DNA from: Woeseia sp.
GTDB taxonomy: Bacteria > Pseudomonadota > Gammaproteobacteria > Steroidobacterales > Woeseiaceae
Direction: 5' to 3'
NCBI GenBank assembly: GCA_046756445.1
Contig: JBHHWI010000001.1
Location: 7,348-71,347 of the forward strand
DNA: 64,000 bases
Shown: positions 48,346 to 59,099 of the stretch, piece by piece
How the letters are laid out: each line of letters opens with the position of its first letter
Numbering within the stretch: position 1 is the stretch's first letter
Position numbers and translations under genes: made by a program
The notes under the pieces: generated by a model
Told to the model about the DNA's origin: nothing
Seen by the model: the letters and a program-made list of their open reading frames with translations, nothing else
The model's database searches: none

Positions 48346-51061
48346 GCTTCAATGTGATGACTTCTGCCGCGCCATTCCATGTGATTGTCTTCAGGCGCAC
48401 CGACGTCCTGTCCCGCTTGCCCCGGACGACGTCGACGAATGTCTGCAAATCCGGTGTTGCCCTGTCGTCCACTTCGACGATCCGTCGTCCCGCCCACAAT
48501 CCGTAACGGGTCGCGGGAGACCCGTAGCTGAAGAACGCCACATACACGCCGTACGGACTGATACTCCGTTGCGCGGCCATCGCCCGGTGCGGGTCCTGCA
48601 GCAACGCGCCAGCCCAGGATACTGCGCGTTGCAATCCCAGCCCGTCCAGTGCAACGGTCTCGATTTCGAGGTCGTGCCGGGCGTCGTCTCGCCAGATCGT
48701 TACCGCGACTTCCGGCTTCTGAACGGCGCGCTCGAGCTCGCGAAACGTCGTAACCAACCGACCGTCGATCGCCAGGATCATGTCGCCGTTGCGCAGCTTT
48801 CCGGCAGCCGGCGATCCGGCGACGATGCGGCTTATGCTCAACACGCGCCGGCCTTGCGCGTCGTAGTCCTCCAGTCTCGACAGCCACTCCTCGTCCAGAC
48901 CCAGTTTGCGTGCCGCAAACAGCGGGGCATACGCAACTTCCGTTTCCAGGGAATAAAGCGGCTTGCCTTCGCGCACCAGGTCGACCAGTTCGGCGACCAG
49001 ATCGCTCCCGATGCCGCGATTAAACTGACCGGAATCGTTGCCCGTCTGATACGAAAAACTGGACCACAGACCGGACACGTGCCCGCGCTTATCGAGCAGC
49101 ACGCCGTCGACATCCGCCGGCGCATTAACGAGTGCAATTCCTTCGAGGTTCGAATCCCGAAACCGCAGCGTCCGTGACAGCGGCAGCGTCAATGGATCAA
49201 CTGACGAGACCGTGCTTGCCTGATGCACGAGTTGGTGGTCACCTCTGAGTCCAACGACCCAGACCTCGTCTCCGGGTTCGACACCCTCCGTATTGAACAT
49301 GCCTGACTTGACGGGAGTGTCTCCGATAGACCGGGGATCATAGGAAACCATCGCCAGGTTATGCAGCGGGTGAACATAGACAACCCGCCCGGGAACTTCC
49401 AGGGAGCCGGCAAAGGTAATGGTCACATCCCCCATTGCGACCGGCACCGTGTTTCTGTCGACCACGACGAAGCCCCGTTCGGTGTCGACGATCAGGCCGG
49501 TGCCGTAGTAATGCCGGTCGGCCACGCCTGACACCGTATAGGGCAGGTCGAAATTCACGACCACAAGCGACGGCACTATCTTTCGAACCCTTGGATCGCT
49601 GTGGCCATTGAACCGCGTGCTGCCCGATTCGGTCTGCGAGCTGCCGGGGCCCGGTGCCAGGTCCCTGCAGGGCCAGATCCCTGTGGAATCATCCCGCCGA
49701 CAGTGCCGCGCCGGGAACCATCTCCTGTCCATCTCGAATGAACGCACGATACTGTTACGCGGGTCTTCAATCGTCTTGTAGCGGATAGTCGTCTTGTCGC
49801 GATCACCAAGACCGTTCAGGATCTCTTCGAGGTCGACGATGCTTGCGACAGCCTCGCCGCCTATCTCGGTGATGACCGCACCGCGCGGAATTGCGGATCT
49901 CGAAAGCGCGTAGCCGGGGTTGGCAACATATACGCCGCTCACCGAACGGTTGTAATGGCGCGCCTGCTGATACGAAAGGTCGTGAACAATTGCATCGCCG
50001 AATTCAACGTACTCGGCGGGAGAAATGGCGTGAAGGTCGCCGACCAGTACGTGTTCGGTTACCCTGCGCCCGCCCCTTTCGACTTCGATCGTGATTTCAT
50101 TGCCGACGTTATCATCGAGGATTGTGGCCAACGGCACGAATTCGCTGATGAGCTCGCCGTTGATTCGGATCAGTATGTCACCCGGTGCCAGTTTGCCGGC
50201 CGAATCGGAATCGGGAATGACCTGCGCTACCGTGAGCATACCGGTCTGGTCCGGGTTCGTTGTGCGGGCAAGCTGCTCAATGTCTTCCGACAGTCCGAGT
50301 CGTCGCAGCTCGTCGTAGGCCTTGCGCTCAAACACGGATTGCAGCGTGCCGCGAGACACGGGTTTGCCTGCCTGCAGCAACTTCAATGCACGATCGATTC
50401 TGTCCAGCGGCAGGAAGAAGCTGCTCGCGGCCGAGTTATTGGCGCCGGCGTTAAGCGCAATCACCTCGCCCTCGATATTGACCACCGGCGATCCGGAAGA
50501 GCCACCGGACGTGCCCGAGGCAGCCTGAAAATAAAATGTATTGAAGTCGTTGTACTTGCCCCGACCGTAGTCCGGTGCCTTACGGTCGAGGCGCGCGATC
50601 GTCCCGGAAAGAATCGACAGTTGCTCGCCGGCATCGTTGCCGACGACTCGAATCTCGCGACCGATGCTGGCTGCACCCGGTGCGAGCGGCAGCTCGGTCG
50701 GCTCTATGTATCGTAACTCGCCCGGATCGTATCCGAAAAAACCGAAGTCATGCACCGGGTCGCGGTAAATCGGTGTTAAGCGCACTTCCTCGTTATTGAC
50801 GAAAATCGCTTCCGCCACAACCGGTCCGGGCGTCACGACGTGCCGGTTCGTCAGAATCAGGCCGCGTTTTGCATCGACGACGAAGCCCGTCGCCTGCGTC
50901 GAGGAATTCCACTCGGTATCGAATGCGCGGGTGCTGTCAACGCGGATGGAGACGACGCCCGACGAAATCCGCTCCAGCGTGCCGACCCACGCCGGCTTTT
51001 CGCCGAAGCACGGCGACGTCGCGCAAACCGCGACAATAGTGAGAATAACTTTCCCTTTCAT
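48272..51061 (-). CDS. large secreted trypsin-fold serine protease with multiple PDZ domains (duplicated HtrA-like, Nma111-like architecture)
   Basis: 929 aa with a signal peptide. The first protease domain has TNRHV...GTSGGSSGSPV. The second HtrA-like domain lacks the GxSGG serine (DGVLLDKRGHVSGLW). PDZ-like segments follow each domain. Confidence 0.8.
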   Translation of the reverse strand: MKGKVILTIVAVCATSPCFGEKPAWVGTLERISSGVVSIRVDSTRAFDTEWNSSTQATGFVVDAKRGLILTNRHVVTPGPVVAEAIFVNNEEVRLTPIYRDPVHDFGFFGYDPGELRYIEPTELPLAPGAASIGREIRVVGNDAGEQLSILSGTIARLDRKAPDYGRGKYNDFNTFYFQAASGTSGGSSGSPVVNIEGEVIALNAGANNSAASSFFLPLDRIDRALKLLQAGKPVSRGTLQSVFERKAYDELRRLGLSEDIEQLARTTNPDQTGMLTVAQVIPDSDSAGKLAPGDILIRINGELISEFVPLATILDDNVGNEITIEVERGGRRVTEHVLVGDLHAISPAEYVEFGDAIVHDLSYQQARHYNRSVSGVYVANPGYALSRSAIPRGAVITEIGGEAVASIVDLEEILNGLGDRDKTTIRYKTIEDPRNSIVRSFEMDRRWFPARHCRRDDSTGIWPCRDLAPGPGSSQTESGSTRFNGHSDPRVRKIVPSLVVVNFDLPYTVSGVADRHYYGTGLIVDTERGFVVVDRNTVPVAMGDVTITFAGSLEVPGRVVYVHPLHNLAMVSYDPRSIGDTPVKSGMFNTEGVEPGDEVWVVGLRGDHQLVHQASTVSSVDPLTLPLSRTLRFRDSNLEGIALVNAPADVDGVLLDKRGHVSGLWSSFSYQTGNDSGQFNRGIGSDLVAELVDLVREGKPLYSLETEVAYAPLFAARKLGLDEEWLSRLEDYDAQGRRVLSISRIVAGSPAAGKLRNGDMILAIDGRLVTTFRELERAVQKPEVAVTIWRDDARHDLEIETVALDGLGLQRAVSWAGALLQDPHRAMAAQRSISPYGVYVAFFSYGSPATRYGLWAGRRIVEVDDRATPDLQTFVDVVRGKRDRTSVRLKTITWNGAAEVITLKLDNQYWPAYEIRRTEDGWQRIDIG

Positions 51062-51083
51062 ACTCTTCTGGACTCGGAGAATT

Positions 51084-52568
51084 CTATCCGGTTCCCTCTC
51101 CCGTCGGCGGCCTGTAGGCGAGATCCAGATTCCTCGCGGCCTTCACGTCGTCCAGCCGCCGCACAGGCATGCGGTGCGGCGCGTCCTTGTGACCCGCCGA
51201 TCCGCTCTTTGCATCCTCGGCAATCTCGATCATCGCGTCAACGAACCGGTCGAGGATTTCCCTGGTTTCTGTCTCGGTCGGCTCAATCAGCAGGCATTCG
51301 GGAACGAGCAGTGGAAAATAGGTCGTTGGCGCATGGAAGCCATGGTCCAGCAGCACCTTGGCGACATCCATCGCCGTGAGATCGATCGATTGCGCCTCCG
51401 CCTTCAGCGTAATGATGAACTCGTGGCTTGCTCTGCGCTGGGGAAATGCGGGTTCGAAGCCGGCAGCTTTGAGGCGGGCCTGAAGGTAGTTTGCGTTCAG
51501 CGTCGCGAATTCGGCGATCCGACGCATGCCATCCCGCCCCACGATGCGCATGTAGACGTAGGCGCGCAGCAGCACGCCGGCGTTACCCATGAAGCCCGAG
51601 AGTCGGCCTATGCTTTGCGGCAGATCATCTTCGGTCAACCAGTCGAAGAAAACCTCGCCATCCACCTCGGTTCTGCCGACCACCGGCACCGGCATGTACG
51701 GCAGCAGGCGCTCGCCGACGCCCACGGCGCCGGAGCCGGGGCCGCCACCGCCATGCGGTGTCGAGAAGGTCTTGTGGAGATTCAGGTGGATGACGTCGAA
51801 ACCCATGTCGGCGGGGCGGGCCTTGCCGAGGATCGCATTCAGGTTGGCGCCGTCGTAATACAGAAGTCCACCGGCGTCGTGCACCAGTTTCTGGATTTCC
51901 AGAATCCTTCGTTCGAACACGCCGAGCGTAGACGGATTGGTAAGCATTATGCCGGCCGTGTTGGGTCCCAGCGCCTCATCGAGCGCCTTGACATCGACAT
52001 CGCCATGCTCGCTTGTCGGCACCTCACGAACAACGCAGCCGCACATCGTCGCCGTGGCCGGGTTCGTGCCGTGCGCCGCGTCCGGGACGATGATCTCGTT
52101 ACGTTCGTGATCGCCCCGCGCACGGTGATACGCGCGAATCATCGCCACGCCGGCCAGCTCTCCCTGTGCCCCGGCCATCGGCGTCAGGGAAACGCCTTTC
52201 ATGCCGGTGACCGCCTTCAGCATTTGCTGAAGCTCGTACATGCACTCGAGAAAGCCCTGGCCGTGGCTTGCCGGAGCCAGCGGGTGCCGGTTTGCGAAGC
52301 CCGGCAACAATGCGAGCGCATTGCAGATCCTGGGGTTGTATTTCATCGTGCATGATCCGAGCGGATAGAAGTGCGTGTCTATCGAGAAATTCTGCTGGGA
52401 CAATCTGGTGAAATGCCTCAGGACCTGCAGTTCCGACACCTCGGGCAACAGAGCCGGTTCATCCCGCAGAAACGGATCCGGAATACCGGCTTCACCGGGC
52501 TGCCGTGGAGCCTGGGCGATAGCCCTGCGGCCGGGTCGCGATTTCTCGAAGATCAGTGGCTCACCCAT
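51084..52568 (-). CDS. gcvPB: glycine dehydrogenase (decarboxylating) subunit 2
   Basis: 494 aa, the PLP-binding half of a split P-protein ([16 protein letters not shown]). Confidence 0.95.
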   Translation of the reverse strand: MGEPLIFEKSRPGRRAIAQAPRQPGEAGIPDPFLRDEPALLPEVSELQVLRHFTRLSQQNFSIDTHFYPLGSCTMKYNPRICNALALLPGFANRHPLAPASHGQGFLECMYELQQMLKAVTGMKGVSLTPMAGAQGELAGVAMIRAYHRARGDHERNEIIVPDAAHGTNPATATMCGCVVREVPTSEHGDVDVKALDEALGPNTAGIMLTNPSTLGVFERRILEIQKLVHDAGGLLYYDGANLNAILGKARPADMGFDVIHLNLHKTFSTPHGGGGPGSGAVGVGERLLPYMPVPVVGRTEVDGEVFFDWLTEDDLPQSIGRLSGFMGNAGVLLRAYVYMRIVGRDGMRRIAEFATLNANYLQARLKAAGFEPAFPQRRASHEFIITLKAEAQSIDLTAMDVAKVLLDHGFHAPTTYFPLLVPECLLIEPTETETREILDRFVDAMIEIAEDAKSGSAGHKDAPHRMPVRRLDDVKAARNLDLAYRPPTGEGTG

Positions 52569-52574
52569 GCTCGA

Positions 52575-53090
52575 TTACTCTTCTATCCTTTGGCCCAGCG
52601 CCAGGTACGCCGCCTTGTAATTCGGTTCCTGTCCGATGTCGTCTATCTGCTCCCGGTGTACGACCGTGTTGTTTTCGTCGAGCACGACAACCGCTCTGGA
52701 AAACATGCCTGCAAGCGGCCCTTCCATGATTTGCACGCCATAGTTTTCGCCGAAGCCCATATGACGTATCGCTGATAATCCGACAACCCGCTTCAGTGAA
52801 TGCTTGTCACGAAACCTCGCGTGCGCAAATGGCAAATCATAGGAGATCATCAGCTCCGCGATGTCGTCGAAGTCCTTGGAATACCTGTCGAACGCGATGA
52901 CTGACGCCGCGCATACCGGCGTGTCGATGCTGGGGAAGATATTGAAAATCTTGCGCAGGCCGAGCCAGTTCGCGAGCGTGACGTCCTTCAGCTCCGTGTT
53001 TACCAGCGAGAAGTCCGGCGCCCTGCTGCCGACCGTCGGTAGCTCTCCGTGAGTCCGGTACGTCCCGCCCTGGTACCTTATCCTGGCCAT
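52575..53090 (-). CDS. tpx: thiol peroxidase (atypical 2-Cys peroxiredoxin Tpx)
   Basis: 171 aa (FPSIDTPVCAASV...). Located between gcvPA and gcvPB. Confidence 0.9.
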   Translation of the reverse strand: MARIRYQGGTYRTHGELPTVGSRAPDFSLVNTELKDVTLANWLGLRKIFNIFPSIDTPVCAASVIAFDRYSKDFDDIAELMISYDLPFAHARFRDKHSLKRVVGLSAIRHMGFGENYGVQIMEGPLAGMFSRAVVVLDENNTVVHREQIDDIGQEPNYKAAYLALGQRIEE

Positions 53091-53093
53091 CGC

Positions 53094-54467
53094 TCAGGCG
53101 CTCTTTACATTGCCGGCGTTCATGATTTCCCGCAGGGCCGTTGCGTATGACTCAAGGTCTGCCTGCGTCTTGGTTTCCGTTGCACAGACCAGCAAGGCGT
53201 TACCGAGCTCGGGAAAATCTTTCGACAGGTCAATGCCTCCGAGGATGTCCCTGACTGCCAGCGCCTCCAGCACCGGACAGACGGGGCGGTCCAGACGGAG
53301 CCCCGCCTCGTGAAAATGCGGTCCGGCAAAAAGCGGCTCCACACCGTCAATCTGCGTGAGCAGGCCGATCAGCTCCGCCGTACGACGGTGCGATGCGAGC
53401 GCCACGCTGGACAGGCCCCGATGTCCCAGCAGAGACATGTATATCGTAGCTGCCGTGACCATGAGCCCCTGGTTCGTGCATATGTTCGATGTCGCCTTGG
53501 AGCGCCGGATATGCTGCTCCCGTGCCTGCAAGGTGAGGGTGTAACCGCTGTTGCCGTCGAGGTCGGTGGTGCGCCCGACGATGCGGCCCGGCATCTGCCG
53601 CACCAGCCTTTGCTTGCAGGCCATGATCCCGAAGTAGGGGCCGCCGGAGGACAGCGGCACGCCAAGCGGCTGCCCTTCGCCGCAGGCGATGTCGGCGCCT
53701 TCGGTCCCCCAGTCACCCGGCGCATTGAGAATCGCAAGTGAAGTCGGATTCACAATCGCGATAACGAACGCTCCCCGAGAATGCGCCCAGTCGGTAATCC
53801 GGTCGATTCTCTCGAGCGTGCCGAAAAACGACGGCTGCTGAATGACGACGGCGACGGGCGCTTCGGTGTCATCCAGGCAATCCACATCCGTCGTGCCGGT
53901 TGTGGCGTCTAGCTGCATACGATCGAAGGTCAGCCCCTGACTGCCGGCGATCGCTGTCGCTACCTTCTGATAGACGGGCGTGACTCCAGAGGAGAGCAGG
54001 ACGCGTCTGGACGTTGCGGCCCGATTCGCCCTGACGGCCATCAGTGCGGCTTCGGCGAGCGCCGAGGCACCGTCGTACAGCGATGCATTGCTGGCATCCA
54101 GACCGGTAAGGCCTGTGATCATCGTCTGGTATTCGTATATCGTCTGCAGCGTTCCCTGGCTCGCCTCGGCCTGGTACGGCGTATAGGCGCTGTAGAACTC
54201 TCCGCGCGTCGCAATATCCCAGACCACAGCCGGAATGTGATGTTCGTAGGCTCCGGCACCGATGAACGAGAGCGGTAATCCGTCCCGCGCCGCACGGGCA
54301 TGCATCAGACGGGCGATCTCCATTTCGGTCAGCGCTTCGGGTACGCCGTCGAGATCATCGATCAGAAGCTCGGCCGGAATCTCTTCGAAAAGATCCTCGA
54401 TCCTCGACGCACCGATCGCGTCCAGCATCTCTCTTACGTCTTGTTCGGTATGCGGTATGAATGGCAT
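53094..54467 (-). CDS. gcvPA: glycine dehydrogenase (decarboxylating) subunit 1
   Basis: Start at ATG 54467 ([19 protein letters not shown]). The ORF's first ATG, at 54491, abuts the gcvH stop. Confidence 0.95.
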   Translation of the reverse strand: MPFIPHTEQDVREMLDAIGASRIEDLFEEIPAELLIDDLDGVPEALTEMEIARLMHARAARDGLPLSFIGAGAYEHHIPAVVWDIATRGEFYSAYTPYQAEASQGTLQTIYEYQTMITGLTGLDASNASLYDGASALAEAALMAVRANRAATSRRVLLSSGVTPVYQKVATAIAGSQGLTFDRMQLDATTGTTDVDCLDDTEAPVAVVIQQPSFFGTLERIDRITDWAHSRGAFVIAIVNPTSLAILNAPGDWGTEGADIACGEGQPLGVPLSSGGPYFGIMACKQRLVRQMPGRIVGRTTDLDGNSGYTLTLQAREQHIRRSKATSNICTNQGLMVTAATIYMSLLGHRGLSSVALASHRRTAELIGLLTQIDGVEPLFAGPHFHEAGLRLDRPVCPVLEALAVRDILGGIDLSKDFPELGNALLVCATETKTQADLESYATALREIMNAGNVKSA

Positions 54468-54490
54468 TCGGGTATCACCGTTCAGGAGCA

Positions 54491-54880
54491 CTAGGCGTCT
54501 ATGCCGTCCAGAAGGGCCTGATAAGCATCGGGATCCATCGTGTTTTCTGCATCGCCCGATGGTTGCACACGAACGATCCAGCCATCCCCGTACGGGTCGG
54601 CATTGATTCTCTCAGGGTCATCCGCCAGATCCGCGTTCACTTCGAGGACGGATCCGGAAACCGGTGCATAGACGTCCGCTGCGGCTTTCACGGACTCGAC
54701 AACCGCCATGTCACCACCGGCCTCGATCGCCTGCCCCACCTCGGGCAACTCGACATAGACCAGGTCACCTAGCGTGGATTGCGCGTGGTCCGTAATTCCC
54801 ACCGTGATGCTGCCATCCTCTTCCTGGCGCAGCCACTCGTGTTCACTCGTGTAACGCAGATCGCCTGGTAATTCGCTCAT
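54491..54880 (-). CDS. gcvH: glycine cleavage system H protein
   Basis: 129 aa with the lipoyl-lysine motif [14 protein letters not shown]. Confidence 0.96.
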   Translation of the reverse strand: MSELPGDLRYTSEHEWLRQEEDGSITVGITDHAQSTLGDLVYVELPEVGQAIEAGGDMAVVESVKAAADVYAPVSGSVLEVNADLADDPERINADPYGDGWIVRVQPSGDAENTMDPDAYQALLDGIDA

Positions 54881-54894
54881 TCTTGTTCTCCCGG

Positions 54895-55989
54895 TTACTC
54901 AAGTTCGACACAGGATTTTCCGTTGCGCACGAAAGGCGGCCGTATGATTCTTGCAGCGAGCATTTTACCCCTCACCTCGACCGTTGCCCGTTCGTAGTTT
55001 CCGGCAGGCAGCCGCGCAAGCGCGATGGATCGCTGCAGCGTCGGCGAGAAGCCGCCGCTGGTGATTTCGCCGTCGCCGATTCCCTCGACGAAAACCCGCT
55101 GGCGATTTCGCAGAACTCCTCGATCCTCCAGCAGAAGGCCCGTGAATTTTCGCCTGTCCTTATTCTCACGGAGTCTGGACAAAGCGGCCCTGCCGATGAA
55201 ATCCCGATCCTCGGGACCCCACGCAATCGTCCATCCGAGGCCGGATTCCAGCGGCGAAGTCGTCTCGTCCATGTCCGTGCCGTACAGATTCATGCCGGCC
55301 TCGAGACGCAATGTGTCGCGGGCACCGAGACCGCAGGGCGCAACCCCGGAATCGAGCAGTTGCTGCCATATTGCCTCGCTGTCGGCTGCCGGAATGACGA
55401 TCTCCCAACCGTCCTCCCCCGTATAGCCCGTGCGCGCTACGAACCGGCTTCCTGCTTCGAGCCCGTAGAACGGTTTCAAGGCGAGTGCTGCATCACGCCA
55501 TTCTTCAGGCACGACACCGGCCGCCAACTGCCGGGCGTGCGGTCCCTGCACGGCAATCATTGCCAGGTCCCCGCGCTCGTCGATGTCGACCGCACAGGCA
55601 CGCGCCTGCCGCGTGATCCAGGCAATATCCTTGTCCCGGGTCGCGGAATTGACGACCATACGATAACGGACGGGTTCCAGAGAATAGACGATCAGGTCAT
55701 CGATCACGCCACCGTCGTCGTTCAACATGCAGGTGTACAGCGCTTTGCCCCTGTCAGCCAGTCTTGCGACGTCGTTGGCCAGGAGATGACGCAGAAACTC
55801 CATCGCTTTTTCGCCGTGTATGTCGACGACAGTCATGTGCGAGACGTCGAACGCACCCGCATGATTTCGTACGGCGTGGTGTTCTTCGATTTGCGAACCA
55901 TAATGCAGCGGCATGTCCCAGCCGCCGAAGTCGACCATGCGCGCGCCCGCCTCTACATGTCTGGCATAAAGTGGCGTTTGCTGTCCCAT
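54895..55989 (-). CDS. gcvT: glycine cleavage system aminomethyltransferase T
   Basis: 364 aa ([28 protein letters not shown]...). Confidence 0.96.
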   Translation of the reverse strand: MGQQTPLYARHVEAGARMVDFGGWDMPLHYGSQIEEHHAVRNHAGAFDVSHMTVVDIHGEKAMEFLRHLLANDVARLADRGKALYTCMLNDDGGVIDDLIVYSLEPVRYRMVVNSATRDKDIAWITRQARACAVDIDERGDLAMIAVQGPHARQLAAGVVPEEWRDAALALKPFYGLEAGSRFVARTGYTGEDGWEIVIPAADSEAIWQQLLDSGVAPCGLGARDTLRLEAGMNLYGTDMDETTSPLESGLGWTIAWGPEDRDFIGRAALSRLRENKDRRKFTGLLLEDRGVLRNRQRVFVEGIGDGEITSGGFSPTLQRSIALARLPAGNYERATVEVRGKMLAARIIRPPFVRNGKSCVELE

Positions 55990-56007
55990 TCTTGCTCCCG
56001 GCGTTCA

Positions 56008-56058
56008 CAAACAAAGAAGGCGGCGGATCGAATCCCATGAACAATTCGATCTGCCGCC
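56008..56058 (-). terminator. intrinsic terminator forming the glycine riboswitch expression platform
   Basis: Minus strand: GGCGGCAGATCGAAT, a 10-nt loop, ATTCGATCCGCCGCC (15-bp stem with one non-canonical pair), followed by TTCTTTGTTTG. The 5' arm abuts the P1 3' strand of aptamer 2. Confidence 0.7.
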
Positions 56059-56240
56059 CCTCTGTCCGGTAACCTGAGAGATCGCGCCGCGTGTCTCGCC
56101 AGGCGGCTGCATTCCCCTTCGGTGGGCCAAAAGCTGCCTCTCTCCAGAGCTGATCAGGATGTTCAGTCCGTCTGCCTGAGCGTTTCCGGGCGAGTTGCGC
56201 CTTCGGCGCCCCGTGTTACCGGGGTCTCTTCTGCACACCC
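56055..56240 (-). promoter_or_regulatory. tandem glycine riboswitch (two aptamers) in the gcvT leader
   Basis: The minus strand reads ...AGAGACCCCGGTAACACGGGGCGCCGAAGGCGCAA...CTCAGGCAGACGGAC... then CTCTGGAGAGAGGCAG...CCCACCGAAGGGGAA...CTCAGGTTACCGGACAGAGG. These match the conserved cores of glycine aptamers 1 and 2. Confidence 0.85.
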
Positions 56241-56337
56241 TATGGATCAGTGGGCGCAATCATAGCCAAGTGTCTCGACAGTTGCCAGCAGCCCGCAAGC
56301 TCGTAACAATGCGGGCACAACGCGCGGGAGAATACCG

Positions 56338-58128
56338 ATGCCAATTAAGCCCCGACTTACTGTTTGCTTGATATTCCTCACAATTACATGCGTCCACGCG
56401 GCCCCGCCGGACGACTTCCATGCATTGCTCGATGAGGCCTGGGAGTGGCAACTCGTGCAATACCCTGTTTTCGCGTCATCCCTCGGCGATCGCCGTTTCA
56501 ACGACCGGTGGGGCGACTCCAGTGTCGAGGCGATCCAGGCACGCCACGATCAGCGGCAGATGTTCCTCGATCGTCTGCGCGCGATCGATCCCGCGGCATT
56601 GAGCGATACCGATCAACTCAATTACGACTTGTTTCGCCGCGAGCTACAAAACGATATCGACGGCCATCGATTCAAGTCTTATCTGATGCCGATCAACCAG
56701 CGCGGCGGCGTCCAGTCGCTCGAGACCACTGCCGAACAGCTTCGCCTGCAAACGGTAAAGGACTACGAGGACTGGCTTGCCCGAATGGCAAGAGTGGAAC
56801 ACGTCATCGAGCAGACGATGGCGCTGGCGGAGCGGGGCCGGAAGGAGGGCTACGTCTCGCCAAAAATCCTGATGGAACGTATTCCCGATCAACTGGCATT
56901 GCAGACGGTCGAAAACCCCGAAGAGAGTCCATTCTTCAAGGCATTCGAGAATATGCCTGACTCGATGTCCGAAGAAGACAAGATACGTTTGCAGAGCAAA
57001 GCGAAAGAGATCATCGATGAGTCGATCGTGCCGGCCTATCGTGATTTCAGCCGCTACTTTGCCGATACCTATTATCCCGCGGGCCGGGAAAGCATCGGCG
57101 CATCGGAGCTGCCGAACGGTGAAGCGTTTTACGAGTACCGCACGCGTCTCTTCACGACGACGCCGATGACGCCGGATGAGATTCATCGTCTGGGTCTCAA
57201 TGAAGTAAAACGCATCCGTGACGAGATGCAGCTGATTATCGACGCGCTTGAATTCGAGGGCAGCTTTGCGGATTTCCTGGCATTTCTCCGAACCGACCCG
57301 CAGTTCTATTACGAGGACCCGGACGAACTGTTCGAGGCCTACCTGGCAACCTGCAAGCGCATCGACCCCGAGCTCGTCAAGCTGTTCGGACGACTGCCGC
57401 GCATGCCGTACGGCCTGAGGCCTATTCCCGATAACATCGCGCCTGACACGACGACCGCGTACTACAGCCGTCCTGCTGCCGACGGCAGCCGCGCCGGCTA
57501 CTACTACGTCAATCTCTACAAGCCCGAAGTCAGGCCCAAGTACGAGATCGAGGTCCTGAGCGTGCACGAGGCCATGCCGGGCCACCATCTGCAAATCGCG
57601 CTCGCGCAGGAACTCGAGGGGGTGCCGAATTTCCGGCGTTTCTCGGGATTCACGGCATTCGTCGAGGGCTGGGGCCTTTACAGCGAGGCCCTCGGTCACG
57701 ACCTGGGCCTTTACAAAGATCCGTATTCGAAGTTCGGTGCCCTGACGTACGAAATGTGGCGTGCCGTTCGGCTGGTCGTCGACACGGGCATGCATTACAA
57801 AGGCTGGACACGCCAGCAGGCGATCGATTTTTTCAAAGACAACGCCGCAAAAACAGAGCTCGACATCATCAACGAGATCGATCGCTACATCGCATGGCCC
57901 GGTCAGGCTCTTGCCTACAAGATCGGGCAGCTCAAGATGCTCGACCTTCGCAAGAAAGCCGAGCAGTCGTTAGGTGACCAATTCGACATCCGCGCATTTC
58001 ATGACGAGCTGCTCGGTGCCGGCGCGATTCCGCTGGAAGTCCTCGAAACAAGGATGAATCGCTGGCTGATACGACAGATGGAAGACTCCCGCCCGATCGA
58101 TCAGACTACGGAGGCGGAGCGCCGTTGA
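56338..58128 (+). CDS. secreted DUF885-family protein (metallopeptidase-like fold)
   Basis: 596 aa with a signal peptide (LIFLTITCVHAAP) and DUF885 hallmarks, including HEAMPGHHLQ. Its 3' end overlaps the convergent ATP-grasp gene by 23 nt. Confidence 0.75.
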   Translation: MPIKPRLTVCLIFLTITCVHAAPPDDFHALLDEAWEWQLVQYPVFASSLGDRRFNDRWGDSSVEAIQARHDQRQMFLDRLRAIDPAALSDTDQLNYDLFRRELQNDIDGHRFKSYLMPINQRGGVQSLETTAEQLRLQTVKDYEDWLARMARVEHVIEQTMALAERGRKEGYVSPKILMERIPDQLALQTVENPEESPFFKAFENMPDSMSEEDKIRLQSKAKEIIDESIVPAYRDFSRYFADTYYPAGRESIGASELPNGEAFYEYRTRLFTTTPMTPDEIHRLGLNEVKRIRDEMQLIIDALEFEGSFADFLAFLRTDPQFYYEDPDELFEAYLATCKRIDPELVKLFGRLPRMPYGLRPIPDNIAPDTTTAYYSRPAADGSRAGYYYVNLYKPEVRPKYEIEVLSVHEAMPGHHLQIALAQELEGVPNFRRFSGFTAFVEGWGLYSEALGHDLGLYKDPYSKFGALTYEMWRAVRLVVDTGMHYKGWTRQQAIDFFKDNAAKTELDIINEIDRYIAWPGQALAYKIGQLKMLDLRKKAEQSLGDQFDIRAFHDELLGAGAIPLEVLETRMNRWLIRQMEDSRPIDQTTEAERR

Positions 58129-59098
58129 GCGGCAACGCCGTCTGTCGTTCCGCCGCGAACTCACGGCGGGCGAACTTGGCGCGGGCGACTGGATCGGATT
58201 CTGAATCGAAGATCTCATCGATCCGTTTCAGGCGGTGAGAGAGGCCCGCGCAGTTCGCGATCTGAATATTGAGGCCGGGTCTCGCGTTCATTTCCAGGAT
58301 CAACGGGCCGCGATCGCGATCGATGACGATATCGACGCCGAGATAGCCGAGTCCGGTAACGTCGAGTCCGCGCGCTGCCGACTGCAGGATGAAGTCCCAG
58401 TGAGGAATGTACAGACCAGCGATCAATGCACCCGTGTCCGGGTGTTCGTCGACGACGTCATTCCCGAGCACACCCGTTAATGTCTCACCCGAACTGAGAT
58501 CGACGCCGGCACCGACTGCGCCCTGATGAAGGTTTGCCTTGCCGTCAGAGGTCCTCGTCGGCAGGCGGACCATCGCCATGATCGGATAGCCGCGGTAGAC
58601 AATGACTCGGATATCGGGCACACCCTGGTAGCTGACCTCTGCGAACAGCGGGTCGAACTTGACACAATACTCGATCAGCGCCGTATCGGGGTTGCCGCTC
58701 AGGCTGTACTGCCCGCTGACGATATTCGATACATGGTGATTGAGATCGGATTCCGTCAGCAGCAGCCCGTTGATCATCCGATAACTGCCGCGTCTGCGGT
58801 AGCTCTGCCCGGCGATGACGAGGATACCGTCGCCGCCCGATCCGCGTGCAGGTTTGATGACGAAGCTTTCCCGGTCGGCGACGATGTCGGGAAAGTTGCG
58901 AATTTCCGACTGGCTGTGGATCAGCCCGTACAGCTCCGGCACCGCCATGCCGGCGTCCAGCGCCAGTCGCTTGGTCAGGACTTTGTCGTCGACCCGAGGA
59001 TAGAGTCGCCGGGGATTGAGTCTCATTATGAACTCGGCGTTGCGCTGGTTCAGCCCGAGCACGCCAGCGGTGTTCATTCTCCTGGCGAAGCCGAGCAT
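58106..59098 (-). CDS. RimK-related ATP-grasp ligase (alpha-L-glutamate ligase-like family)
   Basis: 330 aa. The N-terminus (GVLGLNQRNAEFIMRLNPRRLYPRVDDKVLTKRLA) is the RimK-like ATP-grasp N-terminal module, followed by FVIKPARGSGGDGILVI. The start lies 1 nt after the upstream stop. Confidence 0.8.
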   Translation of the reverse strand: MLGFARRMNTAGVLGLNQRNAEFIMRLNPRRLYPRVDDKVLTKRLALDAGMAVPELYGLIHSQSEIRNFPDIVADRESFVIKPARGSGGDGILVIAGQSYRRRGSYRMINGLLLTESDLNHHVSNIVSGQYSLSGNPDTALIEYCVKFDPLFAEVSYQGVPDIRVIVYRGYPIMAMVRLPTRTSDGKANLHQGAVGAGVDLSSGETLTGVLGNDVVDEHPDTGALIAGLYIPHWDFILQSAARGLDVTGLGYLGVDIVIDRDRGPLILEMNARPGLNIQIANCAGLSHRLKRIDEIFDSESDPVARAKFARREFAAERQTALPLNGAPPP

Positions 59099-59099
59099 C

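Noticed and set aside
50796-52355. A 519-aa plus-strand ORF opposite the protease 5' end and gcvPB. A similar 385-aa ORF at 54883..56040 lies opposite gcvT.
   Set aside because: Both are antisense to highly conserved genes and run through the riboswitch or intergenic DNA. They are shadow frames.
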